Part shown: one piece after another, positions 36,852 to 47,991 of the stretch
Layout: every line of letters starts with the position of its first letter
Numbering within the stretch: the stretch's first letter is position 1
From: Rhizaria sp. SCN 62-66
Taxonomy: Eukaryota
Length of the DNA: 64,000 nt
Reading direction: 5' to 3'
Assembly (NCBI GenBank): GCA_001724265.1
Contig: MEDY01000285.1
Location: 1-64,000 of the forward strand
Notes under the pieces: generated by a model
What the model was told of the DNA's origin: nothing
Databases searched by the model: none
The model's input: only the letters and a program-made list of their open reading frames with translations
Program-made: the position numbers and the translations under genes

Positions 36852-39317
36852 TCAGTCAACGGAACTAAACTCCGTAGTCTTGCTGGCGGGCAAGTAGACG
36901 AGGAACGTGCCGTTATTGGCGAACGCACCGGGCGTCACGAACTTGCAGCCCTGATAGTCGTCCTCAACGTTATCAACGACGTCCGCGAGCAGCAGAACAT
37001 CAGGCAGCGGATACAGCCGCAGCGCGTGATCAAAGTTCCACGCCACGGGCTGCTTCGTCAGCGCCATGGGGCTCAGATGCGCCTGATCGCAGACGGTCTT
37101 GGCCACAGTCCCGCACAGCTTCACCGCGTCCCCCGCCGGCTCGCACAGTACTGCAGCGCGGCGGAAGCGCTGGTGTAGGTCGCCGCGGAAGATGCAGATC
37201 TCCTGGCCGAAGAACAGCAGCCGCGCCGGGTTCGACGCGCTGACAAAGTGGCGGACTTTAGCGCGGAGGCGTGCGGTAAAGCCCGGGGCTAGGGCCGGCG
37301 CGGGGAGGATATTGCCGATGTTGGGGTCGCGCGGGCCGGGAATTAACACAACCTGTGTAGAATATAGCAATATAAAACAGTTGCACAAGTTAATAAATGT
37401 GAATTCATGTGAAATAAGTAAAGTGATCAAATATTGTTAGGTGTAGTTCTTGTTTCGCCTTGATATAACCGAAATTGATTATACGATCTCGAAGCGGAAT
37501 GTACTGATGCGTACCTGTGTGTTCTGCGCAATGTAGGGGTGTTGTGCGATGATATCGGCTAGCGTGTCAAACAGCTTCGTGTACGCGGCGAGATCGCGCG
37601 CGCGACTGAGCATCGCCGGCGACGCAAAGTTGCCGATGAGGACGATGACGGCCGCATTCATGCTCTCAAGTCCCTGGAACAGCTTGCGGAGGCGCCGCAA
37701 CACGGCCGGATCGTCCAAATGCACTTCACTGAGGAAAACAACGCGGTCCTCTGCGCGGTGCTGCGTGAGCGCCTGCGCGAGGACGTCCTTGGTGCGCTGC
37801 AGTGCGACGAGGTTCTGCTGCGTCCCGCACATGTCGAGCGCGGGGAAAGAGCGTAACGTAGTAGCGCGGTCCTCAGCGGGCGGCGCGGCGAGCATCGAGA
37901 CGACAAAAACGGAGTTGGAGACGACACCCTCGGCAATCACAAAGCAGTGGTCCATGTACAGACCCTCCAGGTCGGCAGCGCCCTGAGTCGCGCGGCGAAA
38001 ACAATCAGGATATGAAAGGCAAGTGCATGTCTGAGGAGAGGAACTTGAGTTGCTTTGATCGAAAATGGATAGAGAGCAATAGAAGTGTCATCAAATATTG
38101 CAAAGTCGACAAATATTCGTTGGCTTTTTGTTTTAATAGCTTGCGTACCTCTTGCGTCGCGAAGCGGCTGAGGTCAACACGGATCGACGCGTTTTCGTCC
38201 TCGATATGCCACACGCCATCCGCAACCTCGGTGAGCATGCCGAACACGCAGCGCTCGCCGGACTGCCCCAGAAGCGCCTCGATCCGCGTGATCTCGAACA
38301 ACGGGCCCTCGCGACTGGCACTGGTGGCGGCCGCGGCGGCCGCGGCGGCGGCGGAGGTCGCGAAACGCGGGTCGCGGCGCAGGCGCTGCTCAACCAAGGC
38401 ACGGCGCTCCACGAACATCTTCGACTTGTCCACCGCGGACTGCAAATGTGTGCGCAACAGAGTGAAAATGTGTGTGTGTAAAGTGGGAGTGTTGTGGTGC
38501 AGAAGGTTAGAGAGAGTGAAGAGATACATTTTTCGATGACAAAACTAAAAACAGTTTGTGAATACATAAGAACTCGTGATATATTAAATCCCGGCAATTT
38601 AGTTATATATAGATATATGATGATTTTAAAGCATGCGAATGAAACATACACCGTGGAGCCTGTGCTCGCGCGTCGAGGGGACGTAGGTCCTCCGCGAGGC
38701 CGCGTAATCCATCACAGGCATCGCGTAAGCGTCCACAACCTGCGAGAACCGCGGGTCAAACACGCCTGCGGCGGCGCGCTCAAGCAGGACCGCTTCCTCG
38801 GCCGTGGCGGGGCGTGTGGTGCCGTCGTCAGTCATGACGAGTTGCTGCGACGACACGCCCGACGCAAACGCGCTGCTGCTCGCACTCGCGCTCGAACTCC
38901 TACTAGCGCTGGCGGCCGCGGTGGCGCGAATAGTGGCAAGCGCGGCGGAGATCGCGGCGGCCTCGACGAAAGAGGAGGAAGCACCCGCGGCGTCGGCTTT
39001 GAGGGCGCGCACGAGGGTGTCGACTGCGGACTTGACCAGGGCCGACTTGGACGCGTCCTGCGGGATGCAAAAGCAGAGCAAAAGATAAATAATACATTGT
39101 AAACCAATAGGTCTAGATGACATTCATAAGACATATAGAGATATTTTGTTAGGCATGTTGTTGTGGAGTGAGAGAGAGAACGTACGGGGCAGTACTCGAA
39201 GCCTCGGTCGACCTCTTCGGCGACGAACTTGCAGACGCTCTTGGCGGCGTCAGCACGAAGCATAAGACCATGACTCTTAAACCCACGGTTGATCAACGGC
39301 AGGTACTCGGTATTCAT
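36852..39317 (-). CDS. POLE2: DNA polymerase epsilon subunit B; exons 39317-39186, 39057-38650, 38439-38149, 37982-37515, 37352-36852
   Basis: FKSHGLMLRADA, VFGMLT...IEDENASIRVDL, FLSEVHLDDP, VLIPGPRDP, SNPARL, EICIFRGDL, QAHLSP, WNFDHALRLYPLPD. Four phase-consistent introns. TGA stop. Confidence 0.93.
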
Positions 39318-39746
39318 GGCAGCTGCGAGGATAGCAGCACAAGTGTGCTGTGGGGAGCGAGTGAAGTAGGCAGGGATGTGTGGCGCACGAACAAGTGGCT
39401 AGTCACGGGAAGAAGGGAGGCTGCAGAGACACAATAACAAATTTGTAGACAATATTATTAGCAAAACATGTACAAATCTAGTATTTAAAAAGCAAAACTC
39501 AGTGGCACTGCTTTTGTCGACTGGTCTATAGAGATCTCTCAAGTCAAAAATAGCGCGCCACTTTCCGCGCTAACCTGGATAGCGGCTGGAGAGTGAACAC
39601 CACTAACGAAACTTCGTGTAATTCTGCCGATATTACTTATTTTTGCTCTGTAAGGCGGTAATTCCATGGTTCATATAATCTAAACCGCATATTCAAAATA
39701 TATCGACTCCTCATATTGTTTATAGTGCAGAGCCGGCTCTAGACCG

Positions 39747-41070
39747 ATGAGCACCAGCGGAGCTCTTGAGCTCTGGTCCTCCGTCGGTCTTGCCAGTGCC
39801 CCAGATCCGGCGGACCCGACGCTGTTCACAGTTGTCCGCACTAGGGGCGAATGGCTACTGATGTACTGCGGCGTCGTTATCGTTGCTCGCTCGTAGGACA
39901 CTCCTCCCCGTCTCCTGACCTCTGCCGAGTGCGCAATCGACCTTCCTCTCAATGAACAGATACTGCAGTCCACCACGTCCCCAAAAGCGGCCGACGCGGC
40001 TGCAATCCTTGCCAATACGGTCACTCTTGTTGCTTATACTTGTGACGACCCATCTACGGGTGGCAACGAGTTCTTGGTCTCAATCTCGGCCGTCACACCA
40101 AGCAGCGCCACTCCAGTCGTCACCCTCCCGTTTCCATTCGCGCCAACCACCACGAGCACATCAGAGGATTCGTCGAAGCTCGCCTCTGCAGCGACTGTTG
40201 TGCACGACCCGCATGTGCATCTGCTGTCGGGCCCCATTGTCGCGCTGAGCGCCCCGTACTGTGCATTGCGGATGCACACAGAGCACGCTAATGCTGCGCA
40301 TGCAAATGCTGCGTATGGAAACGTTGCGCTCCCGCTGTTGTGGGCGATACACCCCCCTGCTGTCGTTACTGCTGCTGCGGCTGTTGATGCCGCGACCTCT
40401 CTCTGGGCTGCGACACCCTTGGCGGCCGCTTGCTCTGCTGCCGCAGCCGCCGCCTCCTCGACTGTGCCTGACACCACCAGTGCGGCTGTGGCCGCTGCCG
40501 CGACTGGGCAGTCTGCGAGGACCGCTGGCGCGCTATGGCGCCGCGCCGCGCCGCCCGCGCGCGCGCTGCTGTCGGTGCCGCTGCCTTGCGGTGCGCGCGC
40601 TGTCTGCGCTGTTATCGCTCCCTCTGACAGCGACCGTGGTATGCGCAGTAGCTTTGATCACAACAGCAGTATAACTGTTCAACTCGCATGTTTTGCCACC
40701 ACTAGCGAGACGGACTGGCTTGTTACGGCCCCGCTGTCCGCCGCTCTTGACCGCGCTGCTGTTGCTGACTCGCATGCACCTGTTATCATGGCGGCTGCGC
40801 CTGTGCCAGTTTCCGCTGTTGCAGGGCTTGAGCTGTCACGTGCCGCTTTAGCAACCGCACTCACGGCCACGTTTACACGGCTTAAGCGCGCACTGCTGGT
40901 CATGACCCCCGCCGGGAATTATGTCTCACTAGCAACGGGTGCATTGTTGCAGCAGAACGACGCCACGCCTGCTGTAAGTGAGGACCCGTTGGCGCGGTGG
41001 TTTGTGTCGCTCTGCGCCGGCCTTTCACTCGCGGCCGGAGTCCAAGTCACCGTTGCGTACAATGACTGTG

Positions 41071-41151
<81 letters not shown>

Positions 41152-42323
41152 GCAGCAGCAGCAGCAGTGGCAGCAACAGTGGTGGGTACAGTGGCTTTGT
41201 TACACTGGCGACTGTGCTTGTCCCTGTATACACGATGCCGTTCACTCAGCCGCCCCCCGCGTCGGCCTGGGCGCCACAGCCGCAGTTCAATTCAGGAGAG
41301 TCCAACCTGGGAGCCAACACGGAGGCTGACACTAGTGATGGCTCTCACTTGGATACGGGCGTGCTGCCTGCAGATCCCTGTGCGCTTGCTGCGCTTGTGC
41401 GCGCGCTGTTGCAGCAAGCGCTGGAGATTGAGCTGTCAGCCGCTCTCGCTCGCACGCGCGCGTTGGCCCACTCCGCCCACAGTGGCCTCGGCAACGGTGC
41501 CGGTTACAGTGACGAAGGCAGTGCGAACTGTCCCGACTGCTGCGGCGACTGCGGACTGGCGCGGGGGGCAACGGCGCGGCAAACGCTACGTGCCCAGGGC
41601 TCCGGCGGCACCGCACACGCGCTGACACTTGTCACACCGGCAGTGTCTTTGACCCACCACTCTGTCACTGGTGGTGAATCTGGGCTTAGTGCGGCGCAGT
41701 GCGCAAGTATGGGCCCGCTTGGCTGGGCGCCGTTTGACTGGGCACTCCTGCTCACGGCCAACGCGCACACCGAGACTGAAACAGCTGCGAATGCTGGTTT
41801 ACGCGCGATTGCTGCGAGTGCTGATGTGACGCGACAGGCGTCGCTTGTCACGGGCTCTGTGCCCGCGACCAACGCTCTTTGTTGCGCTGGTGCTCGCAGT
41901 TACTCTGCTGTTCATAGCCACAGCCCGCTTGCGCACGGCTGGCGCAAAGATGCTCTGGATGTCGTGCCGGTGCTTACGCCGACGGCGCCGCCGCCCGCGG
42001 GCATGCGCGCGCAGTGGACGCTGCCGCCGCTGCCCGCGGCGCTCTTACCACGGCTCGCGGCCGAGTCTTCGGCGCGGTTGATGTCGCGGGCGGTGGCGCA
42101 GGCCAAGTCGCTCACGCAGAGCAAACTCAAAGCACAACTGTCGAGCACCGAGAAACATGCTCAGAGTAGTTTGGAGCAGAGCATGGTGGCTGAAGACGGC
42201 AAGCCCGTGCAGATAGCAATGGTGGACGATGATGAGGTTGCAGTGACAGACGGCTGGCCAACCGCGACTGTCCGCGCCGCTGATGCAGCATTTGCGAGTC
42301 ACATTGCCAAGCTGATGCAATGA
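39747..42323 (+). CDS. Hypothetical protein (~858 aa) with poly-Asn; in-frame TAG at 39894-39896
   Basis: ATG at 39747 opens a frame continuous with ORF 40074..42323 except for one TAG (VIVARS*DTPPRLL). TGA stop. No family recognised. Confidence 0.6.
41073..41150 (+). repeat. Perfect (AAC)26 coding microsatellite (poly-Asn)
   Basis: Directly visible; in frame in the 39747-42323 gene and followed by (AGC)n poly-Ser. Confidence 0.95.
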
Positions 42324-42576
42324 AAAACGATCGTATTTAAGGTTATTTAGAAACAACAAGATGATACATAGAACTTAATCCACCTTCTTTGCAATAGTCG
42401 AGTTTTGAATATGTAAATTTCAGTGTATTGGTGTGCATTGAGCAGTTGCTATGTAACAGGACAATCTTTGGCCAGCCGTGCTTTCAAAGAATCATGACCG
42501 CATCTTGGCAGTTTAAGAGCAGAGATACTCAAAATATAAGAAATTAATCAATCGTACAGTATCAACAGCAAGTTTC

Positions 42577-44699
42577 TCACGCGTCGCCACTGTTCTCTGT
42601 CGCATTATTCGTCGCAACAGTGGCACTGGAGGCAGTGTCAACCGCATCTGCGCTCATATCATCAATAGCAGCGTCAGCAGCCTCGCCGTCAGTTCCCACA
42701 GCGGCCGCAGCCGCATCAGCCTTGGCAGCAGCCTTGGCAGCTGCAATGGCAAGCCCCGCCGCGGCACGCTCCTTGGCCAGCTTCGCGTTGCGCTCGGCCC
42801 GTTCTTGCGCCTTGATCTGATGCGGCAGCAGCCTCCGCCCGCCCTCTGCACTGCCAGCATCGGCGCTGTTGCTGCTGCGGTGGCTAGGGCGGTCGCCAGC
42901 AAGCGGCTCGTACCACTCCGGCCCCATCCCGGCGCGCAGTCGCTCCTCAGCGGCGAACGGCGGCCTGAGCGCGCCGGCGAAGTGCGTGCGCACAAGCTGG
43001 TGGAAGAGCGCGACCTGCGCGCTCTCGTAGGCCAGGGCGACCTGCTTCTGCGCGCCGGGGGACGAGAGCGCGGCGTGGGTGCTGGAACAGCTCGCAGTCG
43101 CAGCCTTCTCCTTAGCAGCAGCAGCAGCAGCAGTGTCAGCAGCAGTATCAGCATTGGCGTCCTCTGCAATGACAAGAGTAGAGCTGGCCTCCTCTTTGCT
43201 GTCGTCCTCAGGCTTAGGCTCCGCGTGTTGCTGCTTGTCGTGCTTTTGTTGTTGCAGAGCCAGCTTCTCCTTGTCTACCTGCGCGGCACGATCAAACACG
43301 TGCTTAAACCAGCGCACGCCCGCGCCGACATGCGAGATCTCCTCCAGCTGGATCTGCTGCAGAAACGCCGCGGACCGCGCGTCGCCCAGCGCTCGCAGCT
43401 TCGCCGCGAGCTGCGGACCGCAATCGAGCCCGTGTGCCTCGTGAACCATGTGGACGACTGCGAGACGCGCCGGCAGCGAGCCGTGGGTGCGTAGGGCGCT
43501 CTCCCACAGCCCGTCGTGGACGGGGAGGACGCCGTAGTGCGCGCCCAGCTCGACCAGGCGGCGGTGCCACGTCATGAAGTGACGCGCCTCGTCGCTGCGG
43601 CAGCGTCCAGACGAAAATGAAACAAACGAGAAAAGTAGGGGAAACAAGAACAACAAGTGAGAGGTCGATGAAACATTGCTTTGGTGGTAAATGTAACTTG
43701 ATCCAACTAAAACAGTAAAATACCCATTTAAATGTGGACAATATAAATGAATGTAATAATATAAATGCACATTTGGCAAATAAGCAAGATATATCGTGCA
43801 AAATGTGTAAACTTCGTACCTTGCGACCTGCAGCCAGTTCTCAAAAAACGGCCGGGGTAACACCTCAAACGTCATCTCCCCGTCCCTGTTTTCCTCCACC
43901 GCACTCGCATCATCAGCGGCGTCATCGCTGTTGTTGTTGCAGGCGACTGGAATGCGCGGGAGGCCCGTGGCGGGGGACGGGCCGGAGAAGCGCGCGATAA
44001 TATCCCAGGAGAGGTCAACGGCGTAGGATTCGATGTGGGCCTGCGCGTGGACCAGCCGCACTGCAGCCGGCACGGACAGGCCAGCGCTCTGTGCGCGCGG
44101 ATGTTACAAAGCATAGTGTTAGCAAAGCAAGATGAAGACGAGATATAAGTGAGTGAGTGCAAGAGATGTGACAGCAAGAGAGCGGAGACAGACAGCGCGG
44201 CACAATGGAATGCTGTGTGGAAGTGAGAGATACAGCGGTGTAGTGAGAGAGCTTGCGACGTACCATGGCAACAACCTGCGCCGGAGCGACCGTGGTGAGG
44301 TGCAGAGGGCGCGCGGGGCGGTCCGGGACGGCGACCTGGACGGTCTGGTCGCCGATGGGCAGCGCGCCGGACGTGAATGCAGCATGCGCCAGTTGAGTCA
44401 GCTGCACGGGAAACCAAAACAATGTAAAACAACACAGTGCAACGTGCGTGGAAGCAAAAGCGGAAGTGAGATAAAGCAACGATATCAGTCGCTGCGGTGA
44501 AGCGGGGATTGCGGCGTGGTTTGGGACGTACGGTGCACTTGTCGACGGGGTCGTGCGTGGCGAGCACGGCCAGCGCATAGTCAATAAGCGTGTAAAGGCC
44601 GCTAGTGTCAACAACGGGCACGTCCGCGGAGACAGGTGCAGGAGCCACAGACGCAGCGGGGGCCGCGGGAGGGCTCGTAGTAGAGACACTGGCACTCAT
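42577..44699 (-). CDS. DUF455 ferritin-like di-iron protein; introns 44531-44402, 44263-44089, ~43819-43595
   Basis: PDRPARP, LVHAQAHIESYAVDLSWD, DEARHF, YGVLPVHDGLW, RLAVVHMVHEAHGLD, EEISHVGAGVRWF, LRPPF...RLRAG..WY. TGA stop. Confidence 0.88.
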
Positions 44700-45028
44700 C
44701 CTCGGCAGGTGGTCAAGTCTAATGCAGGCGGCGGAAAGGAAATTAAGAGGGGTTATAAAAAATAGGTTTTAGAAAAGAATATTGATCATATCTTAAATAC
44801 GAAATGATGTAAAATAAATCCTAATGTGCCTATTAATAGTCAGTTATTGCTTTGGAAAGCATCCGCTTGAGCAATGGCTGGTCGACAGCTCCAACGATGG
44901 CCTCCTTGGGAGTCGAAAAAAACGGAGCGTAATCTCGCCATTTCGACCGTCTATGGTGATAAAAGCACATTCATGATATAGAAACAAGGCGCTCACATTT
45001 GTCAATTAAATTACATTTTTTTCTGTAG

Positions 45029-46449
45029 ATGTCTGACGTGACGGGAACGTTCACGGACGACCAGTCGGGAACGGGCTTCACCCGCTCCCGTGGCTCGCGC
45101 GGCGAGGACATCACGCGCGGCCCTCTCTCGCAGTCCCATTCAATGGGGGACATGTCCCACAACCACATTGGACTCGAACTGTCCGAAGGTCCTACGCGTT
45201 TCACCTTCCGCTTCGACGCCGACTATCTGGAACGGTCCGTCTCTGATCAGTCTCTTTGTAGCTCCTTCATGCCCCCTTTGTCTGATCTCCTTGCAACTCT
45301 CTTCTGTGCCCCGCGCTGACCCTTCATTCATCATGTTCGCTTTTTTCGCGTTTGCCCCCGCATTACAGTGTGATCGAGGCCTGGGGCGCGCACGTGCGCG
45401 GTACCACTGTCGCAAACGAAGCCACTCTGGCAGCCATTCTGCGCGAGCTTGGCTTCAACCCGACTTACTCCGAGATCGAAGAGTACCTCCAGGCCTACGA
45501 CCGCCACGGCGACGCCACCAGCGTCAACTTCTCCTCCCTGTGCGACATCATCAAAACCTTCATGCAGGACAATCCCGTGAGCGTGTTCGAAGCGCAACTC
45601 ATCAATGCATTCCGCGTTTTCGACGATGAATCCGAAGGCTACGTCGGCACGCACGTCATCGACCGTGCACTCCACCAGCTGCCCTGCATCTCCAAGATGA
45701 CCGAGATCCGCGAGCTGATGTCAGAGCTTGACCGCGAAGGTGAAGGCTACATCTCCTATGAATACTTCGTCTCCTCCCTGTGCTCCAACTTCGCCAAGGG
45801 CCTCGCAATGGCGCCCGCGCCGCAGACTCTTAAGTACACCAAGTACGAGGTCCGCGACACGCTCGACGGGCTGATCGACAACGGCCCGCGCGACGATGGC
45901 GCGGACCCCGAGGCCGGCGCTGGCGTGATCGAGCGCCGCGAGCGCGTGTTGAAATAGCACGCCGCGCGCGAGGCCGCGGCAGCGGAGCTGCGCGCGCAGG
46001 GCAAGGCGGGCAAGAAAAAACTCAAGAAGAAGGCCAAGAACGCTGCTGCTGGTGCGAATACTGCGAAGAAGGACTCTGCGGCGGCGGTGGATGGAAGTGG
46101 GTCGTCGCTGAGCCGGTCCAACTCGGCGTCTCTGTCAGCGAACGCGCCGCTCGCGCCTGGCGGGCTGGAGGGGTCGAGCTCCAGTGCGAGCGCCCGGGGC
46201 GGCCGCCGCAGCAGCGACGATCTGGGCATGGGCATGGGACTGGGGCTCACGGCGGCGCAGCGCGGGGGCGCGAGCGTGGTCGACGGGCTCGCTTTTGACG
46301 ATGATGACGGCGGTAATGAGGATGAGGACGAGGATGCGCTGGCGGAGGCACAGCTGGGACTGGGCACGCAGGCGAAACAACAGCAGCAACAGCAGCGGCG
46401 CAAGGACGAGGACGAGGGTGAGGACGAGCTTGCGGGTATCCAGCGTTGA
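45029..46449 (+). CDS. Calmodulin/centrin-like EF-hand protein with Lys-rich and acidic tail; intron 45235-45368; in-frame TAG at 45955-45957
   Basis: LRELGFNPTYSEI, LINAFRVFDDESEGYV, ELMSELDREGEGYISYEYFV. The frame continues past TAG (RVLK*HAAREAAAAELRAQGKAGKKK...) to TGA at 46449. Confidence 0.8.
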
Positions 46450-46868
46450 GTGAAATCACTGTTGATTGCGAGATTGTTCGAGGACATCGTGCGAAATCAT
46501 CAATTGTCCCACAGTGAGTTTACGCTCTGGGGCATGAAAGGATGAAGGCCAAGTTGGACCGTAGAGGGCCCTTTGTAAATTTACACATATTATCCAAATA
46601 TCGACTGCGAGTCAAATACACCCATAGTACCAGTTTTCTCACGCGTGTCTGTTTAATGGAGATAGCTTCGCTAAAAGGAGCGCACAACTACAAAAAAGCG
46701 TTTGTGGTGGCCCAGCGTCCGCCACCAGACAAGATCCGTGACCAACTTTGGCTCAGGTGTTCTTCGTCACTCTGACATGGAAATTGACAAATGTTATTTT
46801 GTTGTGATTTGAGATAGGCTAATGTGTATTTCTTGATTTCTCTTTTCTGCGCGCAGGTTTAAGACAAC

Positions 46869-47487
46869 ATGTCCCTGGACGATGATGTTGAGATGTTCAC
46901 CCTCGTGGCCAAGGCCGACAACTTCTCTGTTGAGATCGCCAAGGACAACGTCATGGTCTCCGATTTCATCAAGTCCGCCGTTGAGCAGGGTACGTACCAT
47001 TGTTATCTATTGTTGAATTGTGTTTTCATGCCGCTATCCCTGATTTATGTTATACAAAGTCACCTCAAAAGGTTCACTGACCCGTCCTTCATGTTGGCCT
47101 CATTTCCCTGCCAAACCGTTCTTCCCCGCCTCTGCCCTCGCGCCCACAGACCCTTCCGCGACTCGCTTCGAGTTCGACGACATGACGAAGTCCGTTCTGG
47201 AGCAGATCGTGTCGTACCTCAACCACCACAAAGGCAAGCTGCCCCCCGCGGTCGAGACGCCGCTGCGCTCCAACGTGATGCGCGAGGTCTGTTCCGACCC
47301 CTGGGACGCCGAGTACATTGACGGCGTTGCGGGCGCCGGCAACGACGTCGCCGCGCTCTACGCGCTTATGCGTGGCATGCTGCTGCTGGCTATTGACACG
47401 CCGTTCCGTCTGGTTTGCGCCAAGATCGCGTCGCTCATCAAGGACAAGTCCATCGATGAGGCCCGCGACATCCTCAGCGCTAAGTAA
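46869..47487 (+). CDS. SKP1-like protein (divergent, short C-terminus); intron 46990-47149
   Basis: VSDFIKSAVE, VLEQIVSYLNHH, PLRSNVMREVCSDPWDAEYID, LVCAKIASLIKDKSIDEARDIL. TAA stop. Confidence 0.85.
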
Positions 47488-47991
47488 GCGCGCTGGCGGC
47501 ACACGCGATTGATAGTTCCTTGTTTGTCAAGGGCATAGTCGTTATTGTGGCTGTTGTTGTTGGTTGGTGTTGTATTGAACTCATGACCAATGAGGAAGTA
47601 GGAATGGACCCGGTGACAAACGAACCGGTTAGAACGTCTTTCCAAAAGAATAAGTTACATAAGAATACACATTTTACGTTGAAATAAGTTGTCTTGCTTC
47701 GGTAATTTGCATTTTTTTTTCGTCCTGGTCCTAGAACAAAATCATGTGATATCTGCCTTAAAAGAACTCGTGACAACTCCAACCAGAACCAGTTTGTGGT
47801 AGGCCTGATCAGCTTCAAGAAAGCACATAAAACGCGACTCAACTGCGACAAAAGATCCGACAATTGCGAATATGTAACTATATTTGTATACTTGTAACAT
47901 ACTATTGTCTGATAAATTCAACTTAATTGCGAAATCCCTTAATTAACACCTAGATATCCTCTTTCTAATCTCCTGTCTCTCCACAGACTCG

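Noticed and set aside
19786-45957. Pyrrolysine, selenocysteine or UAG-to-UGG editing as the explanation for internal stops
   Set aside because: The sites are in low-complexity, non-catalytic regions where Pyl or Trp is implausible; no internal TGA was seen. Editing cannot be formally excluded without RNA data.
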